Source: a virus
IMG/VR virus record: IMGVR_UViG_3300048929_000185
Location: 1-64,000 of that record
Length of the DNA: 64,000 bases
Strand: one strand, 5' to 3'
Both the position numbers and the translations under genes were made by a program. The notes under the pieces are model-generated. The model saw nothing but the letters and a program-made list of their open reading frames with translations, was not told where the DNA came from and ran no database searches. This document shows, piece by piece, positions 46,301 to 55,914 of the stretch. Each line of letters starts with the position of its first letter. Position 1 is the first letter of the stretch.

Positions 46301-46360
46301 ATTACTATATATCTTTGCCTACATTTATAATATAACATTACTATATTTCTTTGTCAATAG
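46301..46360 (-). promoter_or_regulatory. Repeated sigmaA promoter, copy 4
   Basis: TTGACA (46352-57)-17-TATATT; ATTACTATAT at 46301 and 46337. Confidence 0.85.
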
Positions 46361-46366
46361 AGATTA

Positions 46367-46395
46367 TTGACTTTTTCTAATTATTTTTGTATAAT
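46367..46395 (+). promoter_or_regulatory. Plus-strand sigmaA promoter, back-to-back with copy 4
   Basis: TTGACT-17-TATAAT. Confidence 0.85.
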
Positions 46396-46400
46396 AAAAA

Positions 46401-46511
46401 AGTGCAGATATCTTCTGCACTTCTATCACAATTCGTCCGTTCAGGACAAATCGTGGTATTTACATTTAGTGGGTAAGGCGAGCCTGCCAGCGATGACCCT
46501 TGCCCATTTTT
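46401..46511 (+). ncRNA. Putative trans-acting small RNA
   Basis: Consensus promoter upstream; no ORF; three hairpins, the last (TGGGTAAGG/CCTTGCCCA) followed by T5; carries GGTATTTACATTT and a CTGCCA loop. Confidence 0.75.
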
Positions 46512-46514
46512 AAT

Positions 46515-46820
46515 TTAAACCGTAAGCGTAATATGTACATCTTCATATATGTATGTAAGCCAAAGTCTCTTATTTTTATCTATCTTCAAATCAGTCAAAT
46601 TCACGTACCCTATCGTTATCTTATTATCTAGATTTAATTTATCGGAAATGCGAATCTCATACCCCACCGGTTCCACAACTGCTTCTTCAAATAATATTTT
46701 ACAACTCCCCCAGCACCTATCACAAAATGGCTGCGTTATCCCGACACAAACAGTTTTGCCATTTCGTTTCATTATTTTTTCTTCTGCTACTTTTTTTTCA
46801 ATGTCAAGTTCCCCGTTCAT
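46515..46820 (-). CDS. Hypothetical protein under an SOS-box promoter
   Basis: GGAGG RBS, GTG start, CxxCxxxC. Confidence 0.7.
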   Translation of the reverse strand: MNGELDIEKKVAEEKIMKRNGKTVCVGITQPFCDRCWGSCKILFEEAVVEPVGYEIRISDKLNLDNKITIGYVNLTDLKIDKNKRLWLTYIYEDVHITLTV

Positions 46821-46852
46821 TCACATTTCCTCCAATTATTATTGATAAAAAC

Positions 46853-46927
46853 AGAACGTATGTTTGCCTTAATGAGATAATACCACTTTAGTTTATATGT
46901 GTCAAGCCCTAAATGAAAATACGTTCG
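46853..46927 (-). promoter_or_regulatory. SigmaA promoter with LexA/DinR-type boxes
   Basis: TTGACA (46900-05)-17-TATTAT; AGAACGTATGTTTG (46853-66) and TGAAAATACGTTCG (46914-27) vs Firmicute consensus CGAACRNRYGTTCG. Confidence 0.75.
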
Positions 46928-46951
46928 ATACTATATTACTTTTTCTACTTT

Positions 46952-46983
46952 GTAAAAAAATAGACCGGATATTACCGGCCTAT
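46952..46983 (-). terminator. Intrinsic terminator after the MrpR-like gene
   Basis: ATAGACCGG-ATATTA-CCGGCCTAT with A7 on the plus strand. Confidence 0.7.
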
Positions 46984-47924
46984 AATCTATCTAAAAAGTC
47001 TCTTACATATGCCCCATATCTATATCTGACCACAGATAGTTTAGCAACTTTAGGAGATAATCCATATTCTAGCGCCCATAACTCAATTTGCGGGGGTTCT
47101 TTTTTGAGTTCTCTTGAATTGCTTCTATTATCCTTGAAGAAAATATCCTCAAGAACTTCTTCGGAGTAATTACACTTCCTGTATAAATAGTTAATAAGTC
47201 CTGACATATACAACCTCGTTGTTGTAAATCCAGTTTTTACAAGTGTTCCGCTAATCATATGCATAAATAAAGTATAGTTATCTTCAGATCTTGGGTGATC
47301 TGGAACCTTAACAAAACTATCTTTATATGCATCATACAAGTTGTAATTAAGAGATACCTCTGTTTTATTTCTACCAGTAGACTTTATTGTTTCGTAAGTT
47401 TCGATATTATAATATAATGAAATTGATTCGCAAAGTTTTTTAGATATATTAATTGTGTAATTTTTAAAATGTATTTCCCTATTTGCAAGATCAACATCTT
47501 CCTTTTTTAAATCATATATATCATTCTTTTCTTTAGCACCCTCATACAGTAGCCCTAGAATACAATCCCAATAAATCTTATTAATTTTAACCGATCTATC
47601 TAGTTCTTCTGGAAATATATATATACCCTCATTAATATAATAAAACAAATTGTCTGAAGACAATTCAATAGAATCGCTAAACGGATTGTATCCGGTATAT
47701 CCTTCAGATTTACAAGCTTCATACATTAACGAATACGCTTTTACATATTCGTCTACGGATTGACGCTGCATTTTACCATTGTTTTTAAAAGCAGCTTTCC
47801 AATCGTCTACTCCCATCTTCAAAATATCTTTTCCATCAATAACTTTTAATATTATATTTTTTATTTTTATGTCATGTTTAATACATAATTCCATTAATTC
47901 TTTCGATTCCATACTGACCTCCAC
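46980..47924 (-). CDS. MrpR/YopR-like repressor (degenerate integrase fold)
   Basis: YNPF...CILGLLYEGA...LKKEDVDL...TRLYMSG; lacks RHR catalytic residues; sits in the control region. Confidence 0.65.
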   Translation of the reverse strand: MEVSMESKELMELCIKHDIKIKNIILKVIDGKDILKMGVDDWKAAFKNNGKMQRQSVDEYVKAYSLMYEACKSEGYTGYNPFSDSIELSSDNLFYYINEGIYIFPEELDRSVKINKIYWDCILGLLYEGAKEKNDIYDLKKEDVDLANREIHFKNYTINISKKLCESISLYYNIETYETIKSTGRNKTEVSLNYNLYDAYKDSFVKVPDHPRSEDNYTLFMHMISGTLVKTGFTTTRLYMSGLINYLYRKCNYSEEVLEDIFFKDNRSNSRELKKEPPQIELWALEYGLSPKVAKLSVVRYRYGAYVRDFLDRL

Positions 47925-47934
47925 CTCTAAAAAT

Positions 47935-47988
47935 AGAACATACTTTCGCTATTATAGCTACTCTAGCACAAAGTATAGCATGTGTCAA
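47935..47988 (-). promoter_or_regulatory. Promoter of the MrpR-like gene with a LexA-like box
   Basis: TTGACA (47983-88)-17-TAGAGT; AGAACATACTTTCG (47935-48). Confidence 0.6.
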
Positions 47989-48346
47989 TATGGTCATTCG
48001 TATACTTATGCTGTTATTACTACATTTTCGGTAATAATATTACTTTATGTTCTAATCCTACTGGTTTTATATTAAATATATCTTCTTGTAAGGCTGTATA
48101 TAGAGCGTATATATCAAGAGAATCTTCCTCTCCAGCATCATCAATCATTGCAATTATTGTTTTACATGTATCTACAAGTTTTTTTGCGTCAACTTTGCTG
48201 CAACGCGTGGTTCCTTTATCTTCTTGTTTTTCAATATCAGATGTTGCGACCAAAATTCCACCGAATAGTCCCATGTCTATAACCTCATGAAGCTCAGCTG
48301 TTGTCATTGCTTTTATTTCTGCCATATTATAATCCTCCTAGTTGTT

Positions 48347-48775
48347 TTATGCTACAGTATTAGCATCTTCGTTATATACGAGTGCATTTCCATCAAGATC
48401 TCCATATCCATATGTGGCAGAAACCAAAAACCGCTTAAAGACTTCCCTTTGGATCTCTCTATCCGTAATGCTGCCAACCTTATCTATTACCCTACTTTTA
48501 TCAATTGTCATAATCTGCTCCGCAAGCAGCATCGAATCTAATTTTAATCCATTATCCCTGTTCGCCTCAATCAATAAATGGGTAGGCAGATCTTCTTTTT
48601 TGTACTCACTCGTCATTTTTAAAACCATCAACGTAGGAGAATATTTATTCCCAACATTATTTTGTATTACTATAGCTGGACGCACCCCACCCTGTTCCGA
48701 TCCTATATTACCATCAAAGTTTGCATATAGTACATCATATTTCTTAAATTGTATTTCTCGTTTTTTATACTGCAC
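48347..48775 (-). CDS. mazF: MazF/PemK endoribonuclease
   Basis: GSEQGGVRPAIVIQNNVGNKYSPT...EQIMTIDKSR, close to the NdoA/EndoA pattern. Confidence 0.93.
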   Translation of the reverse strand: MQYKKREIQFKKYDVLYANFDGNIGSEQGGVRPAIVIQNNVGNKYSPTLMVLKMTSEYKKEDLPTHLLIEANRDNGLKLDSMLLAEQIMTIDKSRVIDKVGSITDREIQREVFKRFLVSATYGYGDLDGNALVYNEDANTVA

Positions 48776-48816
48776 TTATCGCATCTCCTTTCTTTATGTA
48801 ATCATCTTATGCACTT

Positions 48817-48896
48817 ATTATATAGGTATATACCTATATATACAATAGGAAATGTGTACAAAGTTTTAATATATTTTTTGTAGGTATATACCTATA
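48817..48896. promoter_or_regulatory. mazF promoter with two palindromic operators
   Basis: Minus strand TTGTAT-17-TATAAT; TATATAGGTATATACCTATATA (48819-40) and TAGGTATATACCTA (48881-94). Confidence 0.8.
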
Positions 48897-48924
48897 TTGT
48901 ATAAAAAATAAAAAACGAGACGGT

Positions 48925-49101
48925 TTATTTTCCATCTCGCTCTAACTTTTCTTTAACAGATTCGTTAATATACCCATTAACAGATTTTCCAGTAGATTGG
49001 ATTCTCTCCTTAGTCCCCTTTGGAAATCTAACGAGTATGTTATCATTCACTTCATCGTGATATTTTTTAGAAGACTTTTGTGCTGCCTTGCTGACTGCCA
49101 T
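48925..49101 (-). CDS. Ribbon-helix-helix/Arc-like DNA-binding protein (possible antitoxin or regulator)
   Basis: MAVSKAAQK...NILVRFPKGTKERI...SVNGYINESV; own promoter TTGACA (49154-59)-17-TAAGAT. Confidence 0.7.
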   Translation of the reverse strand: MAVSKAAQKSSKKYHDEVNDNILVRFPKGTKERIQSTGKSVNGYINESVKEKLERDGK

Positions 49102-49603
49102 CGGATCACCCCTCTGATATGATGGTTTATATCTTACAGGATAATTCAAAATCTGTCAACTTTGGCTATTAAAATTCTAATTTTATGTCAACAATATTTA
49201 ATCATGTCTTCAGCCTTTTGTCTTGGAACGCCTAATTTCAACAATATCATGAACATATCTTCATCTTTGTGTTCTATACCATCATTATCTAATCCATATA
49301 ATCCCTCGCTCAAGGCCATGCGAATACAAGATGTTATTATATCGACTTCTTTGTTCTTTAATTTTATTGTAACCTCATCTTGAACCGGAACAATACGTTT
49401 CCAATATTTTGATTCACCTGGAATCTCTCCTATAACACCTGTACCATAATTAACATCATCTTGGGGAATGTCAAGGAAATATGTTTTTCCATTATAATTT
49501 ACCATATTATTAAGAACATATCGCACCATGTAGTCATATGTTCCATAATGTATGTACTTTCCCATATATCTCTCCTCTCTGTCAAATGAAAATTTAGTTT
49601 TAT

Positions 49604-50113
49604 CTATTTTCTCTTGCTTTTCATATAATTATCTTGTTCGTGCATATCCCTATTTTTAAGTATTTCATCAAAACATATCATTTTAAAACTAAAATATTGA
49701 AGTTGGTCGTGCTGCATGTGTATCATTCTCGACATACTTATTAATATTACGGTTAATATTACGGCAACTAATTTACCAAAATTATATTTGCTCATATTAA
49801 AATATGTATATATCGGGTTTTCTCCAATTATAGTAAGCATTACAGTAATCATTAATCCCCAATAAGCAAATCTCACGGAAACAAAATTACTAAAGTCGTT
49901 TTGTTTTAAATGTTCAGCTCCAATTAAAGCATCAAGTCTGTTTTCTTCAAATTCATCATGTTTCATATTTTTGAGTTCTCTTATTACTGAGTTCTTTAAT
50001 TCCACATATGTTGAATTTATTTTAATTTTGTCTCCAAATTCCTTTTTGGCGAGGTTTTCAAGAATTTGATTTGCGGCTATTCCATTTGGACAAAACAACC
50101 ATGTAGCTAACAT
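49604..50113 (-). CDS. Membrane protein, hypothetical
   Basis: Two hydrophobic helices; flanked by 18-bp sites at 49586 and 50151. Confidence 0.65.
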   Translation of the reverse strand: MLATWLFCPNGIAANQILENLAKKEFGDKIKINSTYVELKNSVIRELKNMKHDEFEENRLDALIGAEHLKQNDFSNFVSVRFAYWGLMITVMLTIIGENPIYTYFNMSKYNFGKLVAVILTVILISMSRMIHMQHDQLQYFSFKMICFDEILKNRDMHEQDNYMKSKRK

Positions 50114-51259
50114 ACTTCGCCCTCCTACTAAATATTTAATGTATTCCCATATGAATCTTAAAATTTATTGATATTTTATTAATATTTCAATCCACGTTCT
50201 TTACATAAATATCTTTCATATTGTAATCCTTCATATAAAGGATTATCGGTGTCTCCATTCGGATATAATCTTTTCCAATCTTTTTCGAGTTGTACTACAG
50301 ACTTTAAAAGTTCTTCATCTTTATAAAATGTTGCCTTCATATAACACTCCTTTCATAAATCTCAAATTTTATTATGAATTATTTAATATTGATTCCAAAT
50401 CGTTAATAATTTGCCCACATAGCGAAAACTTCCCGTCTTTGTGCATATCCTGAGACATTTTATTATACTTATTCAGCAATCCAGTTATTTGTCTACGATA
50501 CCATTCTGGACATTTTCCTTTTGTTGTTTTTGCATATTGCTCATCACACAATATTTTTTTATAATCACCTTTGTTTATCATCTTCAATGTTTTTATCGTT
50601 TTATTCGCATCTATTTCACTAAAAACTTTTGCGGAAGATATGTTTCCGTTAAAAATAGATGAACTCCCAATCCAATTCGTAAAATATCTATTATTGGAAT
50701 CTTTAATTATGTACACGACTTTACCTCCATCTTTCGTAAACGCCAGCTTGAATCTATTATTTTATCTACTCATCAAAAATCATATAAACATCACTATCAT
50801 TGCTTTGATCGTCTCTAATGTTCCATATGATTATTTTCTTATCATTTTTATCTAAATAGTCCATATGCCGACAAATATATTCATTTACTTTTTCTTCAGC
50901 TTCTTTTAAATTATTTGCAATTACAATTCCACCAGTATATCCATCGCAACATCTAAACTCAAATATATTATCGATTGTCATTTAATCCTCCGATCATTAA
51001 ATAATCATTTTAATTCTGATCTAATAGTCGCTCAATTAATTCTTGATAAGCAAGTACAAGACTCAACTCTAATGAATATGTGCCACTTATTTTCCCACTT
51101 AATTGATACAATTTTTTCATAGTTTCATTTTCAAGATTTCCTTTTGAATAATAAATTTCCATTAACTCTTCTGTAGACATATCTCTTATCGTTTTAATAA
51201 AATCAATTTCATTGTTCATTAACATATTAGCGCCTCCATTCTTCAATAAAACAATTCTT

Positions 51260-51477
51260 TCAATTACATTTTTCAATATCAAATATAGGCAATTCGCTAC
51301 TTAACTCAGGCTTCCATGTCGTGTTTAGATCTTCTTTCTTCAATATCTGCTTAACCGCCTTTACGTCCATGCGGAACACTGTAGCAACCCGCTTAACGTC
51401 TCCAAATCGTCTGTACTCCATTATAATGTCATCATCAGTTAATCATAGTATACCGGCTCATTCATGTATTCTTTCAT
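51260..51477 (-). pseudogene. Frameshifted small HTH-like ORF downstream of the recombinase
   Basis: MKEYMNEPVYYD* then, in the -1 frame, LTDDDIIMEYRRFGDVKRVATVFRMDVKAVKQILKK. Confidence 0.45.
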
Positions 51478-51488
51478 CTTGTATGCTC

Positions 51489-52481
51489 CTATAAACTCAT
51501 CATCAAAGAGGCCATTTTACTTTTATCCATATGAACATAAAACTTAGCAGCCGTTTCCAGGCTCCTATGTCTCAACTGTCTTTGTACAAATACAATATCC
51601 TTAGTCTTTTCGTATAATACCGTACCTACCCAGTGGCGTAGCATATGTGGATTTATCTGTCCATCACTATACGCGCTGAAGAATGATGCAATGGGAGTCT
51701 TGCTAATGCGATTACATCTATTAGATAGGAATAATGCGTTTTCATCTTTTATACCGCGATCTGTCACAAATTCATCCCTCTTTATTAAATAATCTTCCAA
51801 GTAATATTTTGCCTTTGCCGAAATAAACACTTCGTCTTTGATTTCACGTTTACCCTTGCCCATTACCGTAATGTAAGGAGCCTCTTCTTCAAAGTGCAAA
51901 TCAGATACATCAAGTCCGATCAGTTCTTCTGATCTAATTCCACTACCTAAAAATAATTGTACTATAGCAATATTCCTCGTGCAATCAAAATCATTATTAT
52001 TTCCCTGTTCCACACTATTGATGAAGTTCTCAAGCTGATCCTCGGTAGGAATCTTCACAACGTGATTTGTTATCTCAGACTTATATAAATGTCCTGGTAT
52101 TTGTTTGATGATGTTTTCGTCAACAATTTTCTGCTCCACAAGATATGACCAAAAAGCACTTAGAACATTCTTTTTTGTGCCTAGCGTATTTAAGGTATTC
52201 GGAGTACAATCAATTCCGTTCTTCAGAGAGTTAAGGTAGTTGATAATATCTATTGAAGTAACCTGATTCATAAGTACTGGAGTAATTTCTGATATGGAAT
52301 TTACAGAGATGCAATTAGCACACAACCATTGTAGCATATTTTCGATATATCCCCAGTATACAACTTTACTGGCTTCAGATTTGTACCGTGTGAAGTAGTT
52401 GCATATAAATCTAGGAGCATTTACCATCTTCTCAGACAAGATATTCGCAAGTTTCTTATGCCGTTCGTCTTTATAACACAT
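51489..52481 (-). CDS. XerC/D-like tyrosine recombinase
   Basis: RNIAI..LFLGSGIRSEEL, GKG, PHMLRH, LRH and FYVH; no arm-binding domain. Confidence 0.93.
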   Translation of the reverse strand: MCYKDERHKKLANILSEKMVNAPRFICNYFTRYKSEASKVVYWGYIENMLQWLCANCISVNSISEITPVLMNQVTSIDIINYLNSLKNGIDCTPNTLNTLGTKKNVLSAFWSYLVEQKIVDENIIKQIPGHLYKSEITNHVVKIPTEDQLENFINSVEQGNNNDFDCTRNIAIVQLFLGSGIRSEELIGLDVSDLHFEEEAPYITVMGKGKREIKDEVFISAKAKYYLEDYLIKRDEFVTDRGIKDENALFLSNRCNRISKTPIASFFSAYSDGQINPHMLRHWVGTVLYEKTKDIVFVQRQLRHRSLETAAKFYVHMDKSKMASLMMSL

Positions 52482-54541
52482 GTTATTTAGCCACCTCTTC
52501 TAAAAGTTTACCTGTTCTTCTGAAATACTCATTGCTTATGGTTGGGTTCATCACGCCACATCTTTTATACCACTTTTCAATATATCTCAATTCTGAATCA
52601 GTCAGCCTTGGCATGGTTGCCGAGGTATGCCATAAACATTTTTGATGTATGACCTCTTCCGGAGTTTTACAGTTTACCAACATTACATCACCAGCAGCTG
52701 CCACCTGACCTTGCCATTTTGCTTCTTTATATAATGAACTTGCACCTTTGCCGATTAATCCTGCAATAAATAATCCCCACATGCTAAACTCCTCCTAAAA
52801 TTGCTCGTTTCGTGTTAGTATTTTACATTTTTTATATGATTATCAATATCCTCTTTGACTTCAGACGGAGATAAACTTTTGCAATTACAAGCATCTCCGC
52901 GCCACGCACCATAAGAATAAATAAGTTTACCATCTTCCCAACATTCCATACAATTAAAATCTTCTCCGCACTTAACTTCCTTGGAATTTAATAATTCTGA
53001 TACAAAAATAACTGCTGAATCAAAATTATCACTTACAAACGCATTTTGGCTCCATTCATAGTCACCACGCACAACTACATATATTCTCATCTATATACCA
53101 TTCCTTTCATGTTTAAAATTTTTGTCATCAGATACTTTCTCCATTTTAGTTCATCTACTCTTGTAATAGATAAATCTACTAAATCTCTGTATTCTATTAT
53201 ATCATTCTTCATTCTTGTTCTCCATATTTGCAAGAAAATAGCCAGCAACATTTGACCGCTACTGACCATAAAAATCAATATATTTAACCAAGTTCGGGTT
53301 CTTCGTTTATAAAATCGTACCTTCTATTTGAGAATACTTTTAAATCACAAAACATAAATTTTTCTCTACCAGTCCAAAAATTTGTTACATCTCCGGTATT
53401 GGTGATAATTGGATTTGTGCTATACTTCCGCACAGCTCTATAATACGTCTCCCCTGCTTTTAACTGATTCGAAAATTCTTCTAGTGTAATTTTAGTTTTT
53501 TCTGATTTTTCGAAATCAAATTCGTTCACATTCTCAATGTAAGCAACCACATCGTTTTCCACGTCAATTTCAATAATTAATCTTCCATCGGCATCCATTT
53601 TTTAGCCCTCCATATTATCATTATTTCATATGATTATATCATAAGCACAATTAACAGACAATGAATGTTGCCAAAGAAATGATTGATTTATTGATAAATT
53701 TCAGTTTAGTCAATGCAGAATTCTCTTTTCCACTTCTCAAAACATACTTTACAAGCAGTAGCTGGGAAAGCCAATACTTCACTACTTGCAATATCTGTAT
53801 CATAAAAATCTGTATCTTGCTCATATTTTTTACATAAACTATTTCCTTCGATAAAACAGTGGTATTTTGCTCTTCGATCTATGTAATTACGTTTTCCATA
53901 CCTTGGATCTTCTTTCACAGGAATCTCCCATACTGGTTGCCCACTAATCATCTTAGGTTTTATGTATTTAACCATCTTTAATCCCCCAATTCCGCAAAAT
54001 TCTAACCTAACTAATAAATCACTTATTTTAAAGTTAAATCTTGGTCTATAATGATTCATAAAATGTATCAAGCAATTCGTTATACCATTGTTCTTTATCA
54101 AACTCCGTACTCGTATGAGTGGCTATTTTATCACCTGACATATTAAATACCATAAACTGCCCATTAAAGGTATTTAGTATTATTGCAAGTGGAGTATCAT
54201 GCCACACTCCTTTAAAACTTGCGAAATCTCCTCCGTTGTCAAAATCTCTAGTGTCAACTTGCATACCTTTATCTTCCATTAGTTTACAAATATTTTCATA
54301 TTTTCTGTTTCCTTTATATTTTTTCATTTTTATCTCCTTTTCTACTTTGAAATTGTGCATTTATCTGTTTACTTGATGCATAATCTTTTCTTTTGCGCTC
54401 TCAATGTCTTTTGCGACCACATTTATTTCTTTATCATTGATGACAAATGAATATGTGGCATACAGCCCATAATACAGTCGTGATGATTCATCATACTTAC
54501 TCATTTTTATATTCCTCCAATTGAATCTTGTATTCATTTTG

Positions 54542-54803
54542 TTAATTGTTCAATCTGTTTCCAGTCAACTTGCTTGAAAATTTCTTCTGCAAATTCTTCA
54601 GCTTCTTCTTTCCATACACAATAATTTGACTCGCATATGTACTGAAGTGTTCTAGTGGATAATCCATAATCTTATTAATAAGAATATGGTTAGTCTTGCC
54701 ATTGTTTAAGATGTCTCTGGTAATCAACGCAAGTTCTCGCCACTGTCCGGTTAGTTGCTGTTTAGGTAATACTGGAATTAAATCCTTGTGCCATAATCAT
54801 ATT
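54542..54803 (-). pseudogene. Decayed paralogue of 55106-55531
   Basis: After GGAGG: ATA TGA TTA TGG CAC AAG (LWHKDLIPVLPKQQLTGQWREL...NHILINKIMDYPLEHF), then unrelated sequence. Confidence 0.75.
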
Positions 54804-55105
54804 GTGAATACCTCCGTTTTTAAGGTTTAATTAATTCCATAAAACATGCGTTTGCTATCAACGTATATGTTTCATCAAATCTATCATACATTAAAACAAT
54901 GTTTCCATCACTATAAGCCTTTACAAGTTTTGAATTACTAATCCATTGCGCAACATCTGATTCAATAAAGTAATGTAATAATCTTTCTTTTACTTCATCT
55001 TCTTTTAAATTAATTCTTGTAAATAATCTTTTAGAGTTTTTATTTGCTTCTTCAAATTTCATATTCTTATCTCCTTTCCACTGTAAAATATCTCTTTCGT
55101 TGGTT

Positions 55106-55531
55106 TTATAATATCCTCTCGCAAACCGTTTCTACTTTGTTCCACTCTTCTTCTGTCAATCCACCGCAGTCATATTTCTCTTGCAAATTATAATAGCACT
55201 GACGCAAGTATCTGTCAGTATGCCATTCGGAAAACAGTTCATCATATGTAATTTTGTTATTGGTATCGCAGACAGAAAATATCTTATCGCTCACTTCAGG
55301 ATTGATTCTACGCCCTCTATTAAAGCATTCCTGACGTATTAACTCTGCGTACAACATAAAGTGTTCCATTTGGTAATCCATGACTTTATCGACCAATAAA
55401 TGCTTTGGACTACCTTTCATTAATATATTACCTGCTATAGCGCTAAGTTCTCTCCACTCACCACCAAGTTGATCCATGGGCAATACCGGAATTAAATCTT
55501 TATGCCAACATCTCATTATGCAATCTTCCAT
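55106..55531 (-). CDS. Pyrimidine-dimer glycosylase/TIGR02328-like protein
   Basis: MRCWHKDLIPVLP..QL.GEWREL...H...YLRQCYYNLQEK. Confidence 0.7.
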   Translation of the reverse strand: MEDCIMRCWHKDLIPVLPMDQLGGEWRELSAIAGNILMKGSPKHLLVDKVMDYQMEHFMLYAELIRQECFNRGRRINPEVSDKIFSVCDTNNKITYDELFSEWHTDRYLRQCYYNLQEKYDCGGLTEEEWNKVETVCERIL

Positions 55532-55914
55532 TTAAAAACTGTGTGCCACGTTTATTCAACCCTCTTTTGCGATAATTAGATTCTAATTGAACAATTTCGT
55601 TACGTGTAGGTTTCAGATCATCTGTAGGCCAATAAATCCCTCTTATATAATTATTAGTATCTACTTTAAATACGCAATTACCAAATCGATACTTTTTTCC
55701 ACCAGAATAAAAAGATATATTAGTTTGATCCACAGAATCAATTATACTATTAAGCCTCAGTTTTAAAATCTCATAATCAATATTTACATTTTGTTTTGCT
55801 CCGTTTCTAAATTGACGATAAGCGGTAATTGATATAGCTCTTATCATATGTTTATCCTCCTCTACTTAATTGAAATCAGCCGATAACATTTGACTGCTAC
55901 CGGCTGTAAATTAC

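Noticed and set aside
46980-49149. Arbitrium aimR-aimP locus
   Set aside because: No TPR receptor gene or signal-peptide propeptide gene is recognisable in this window.
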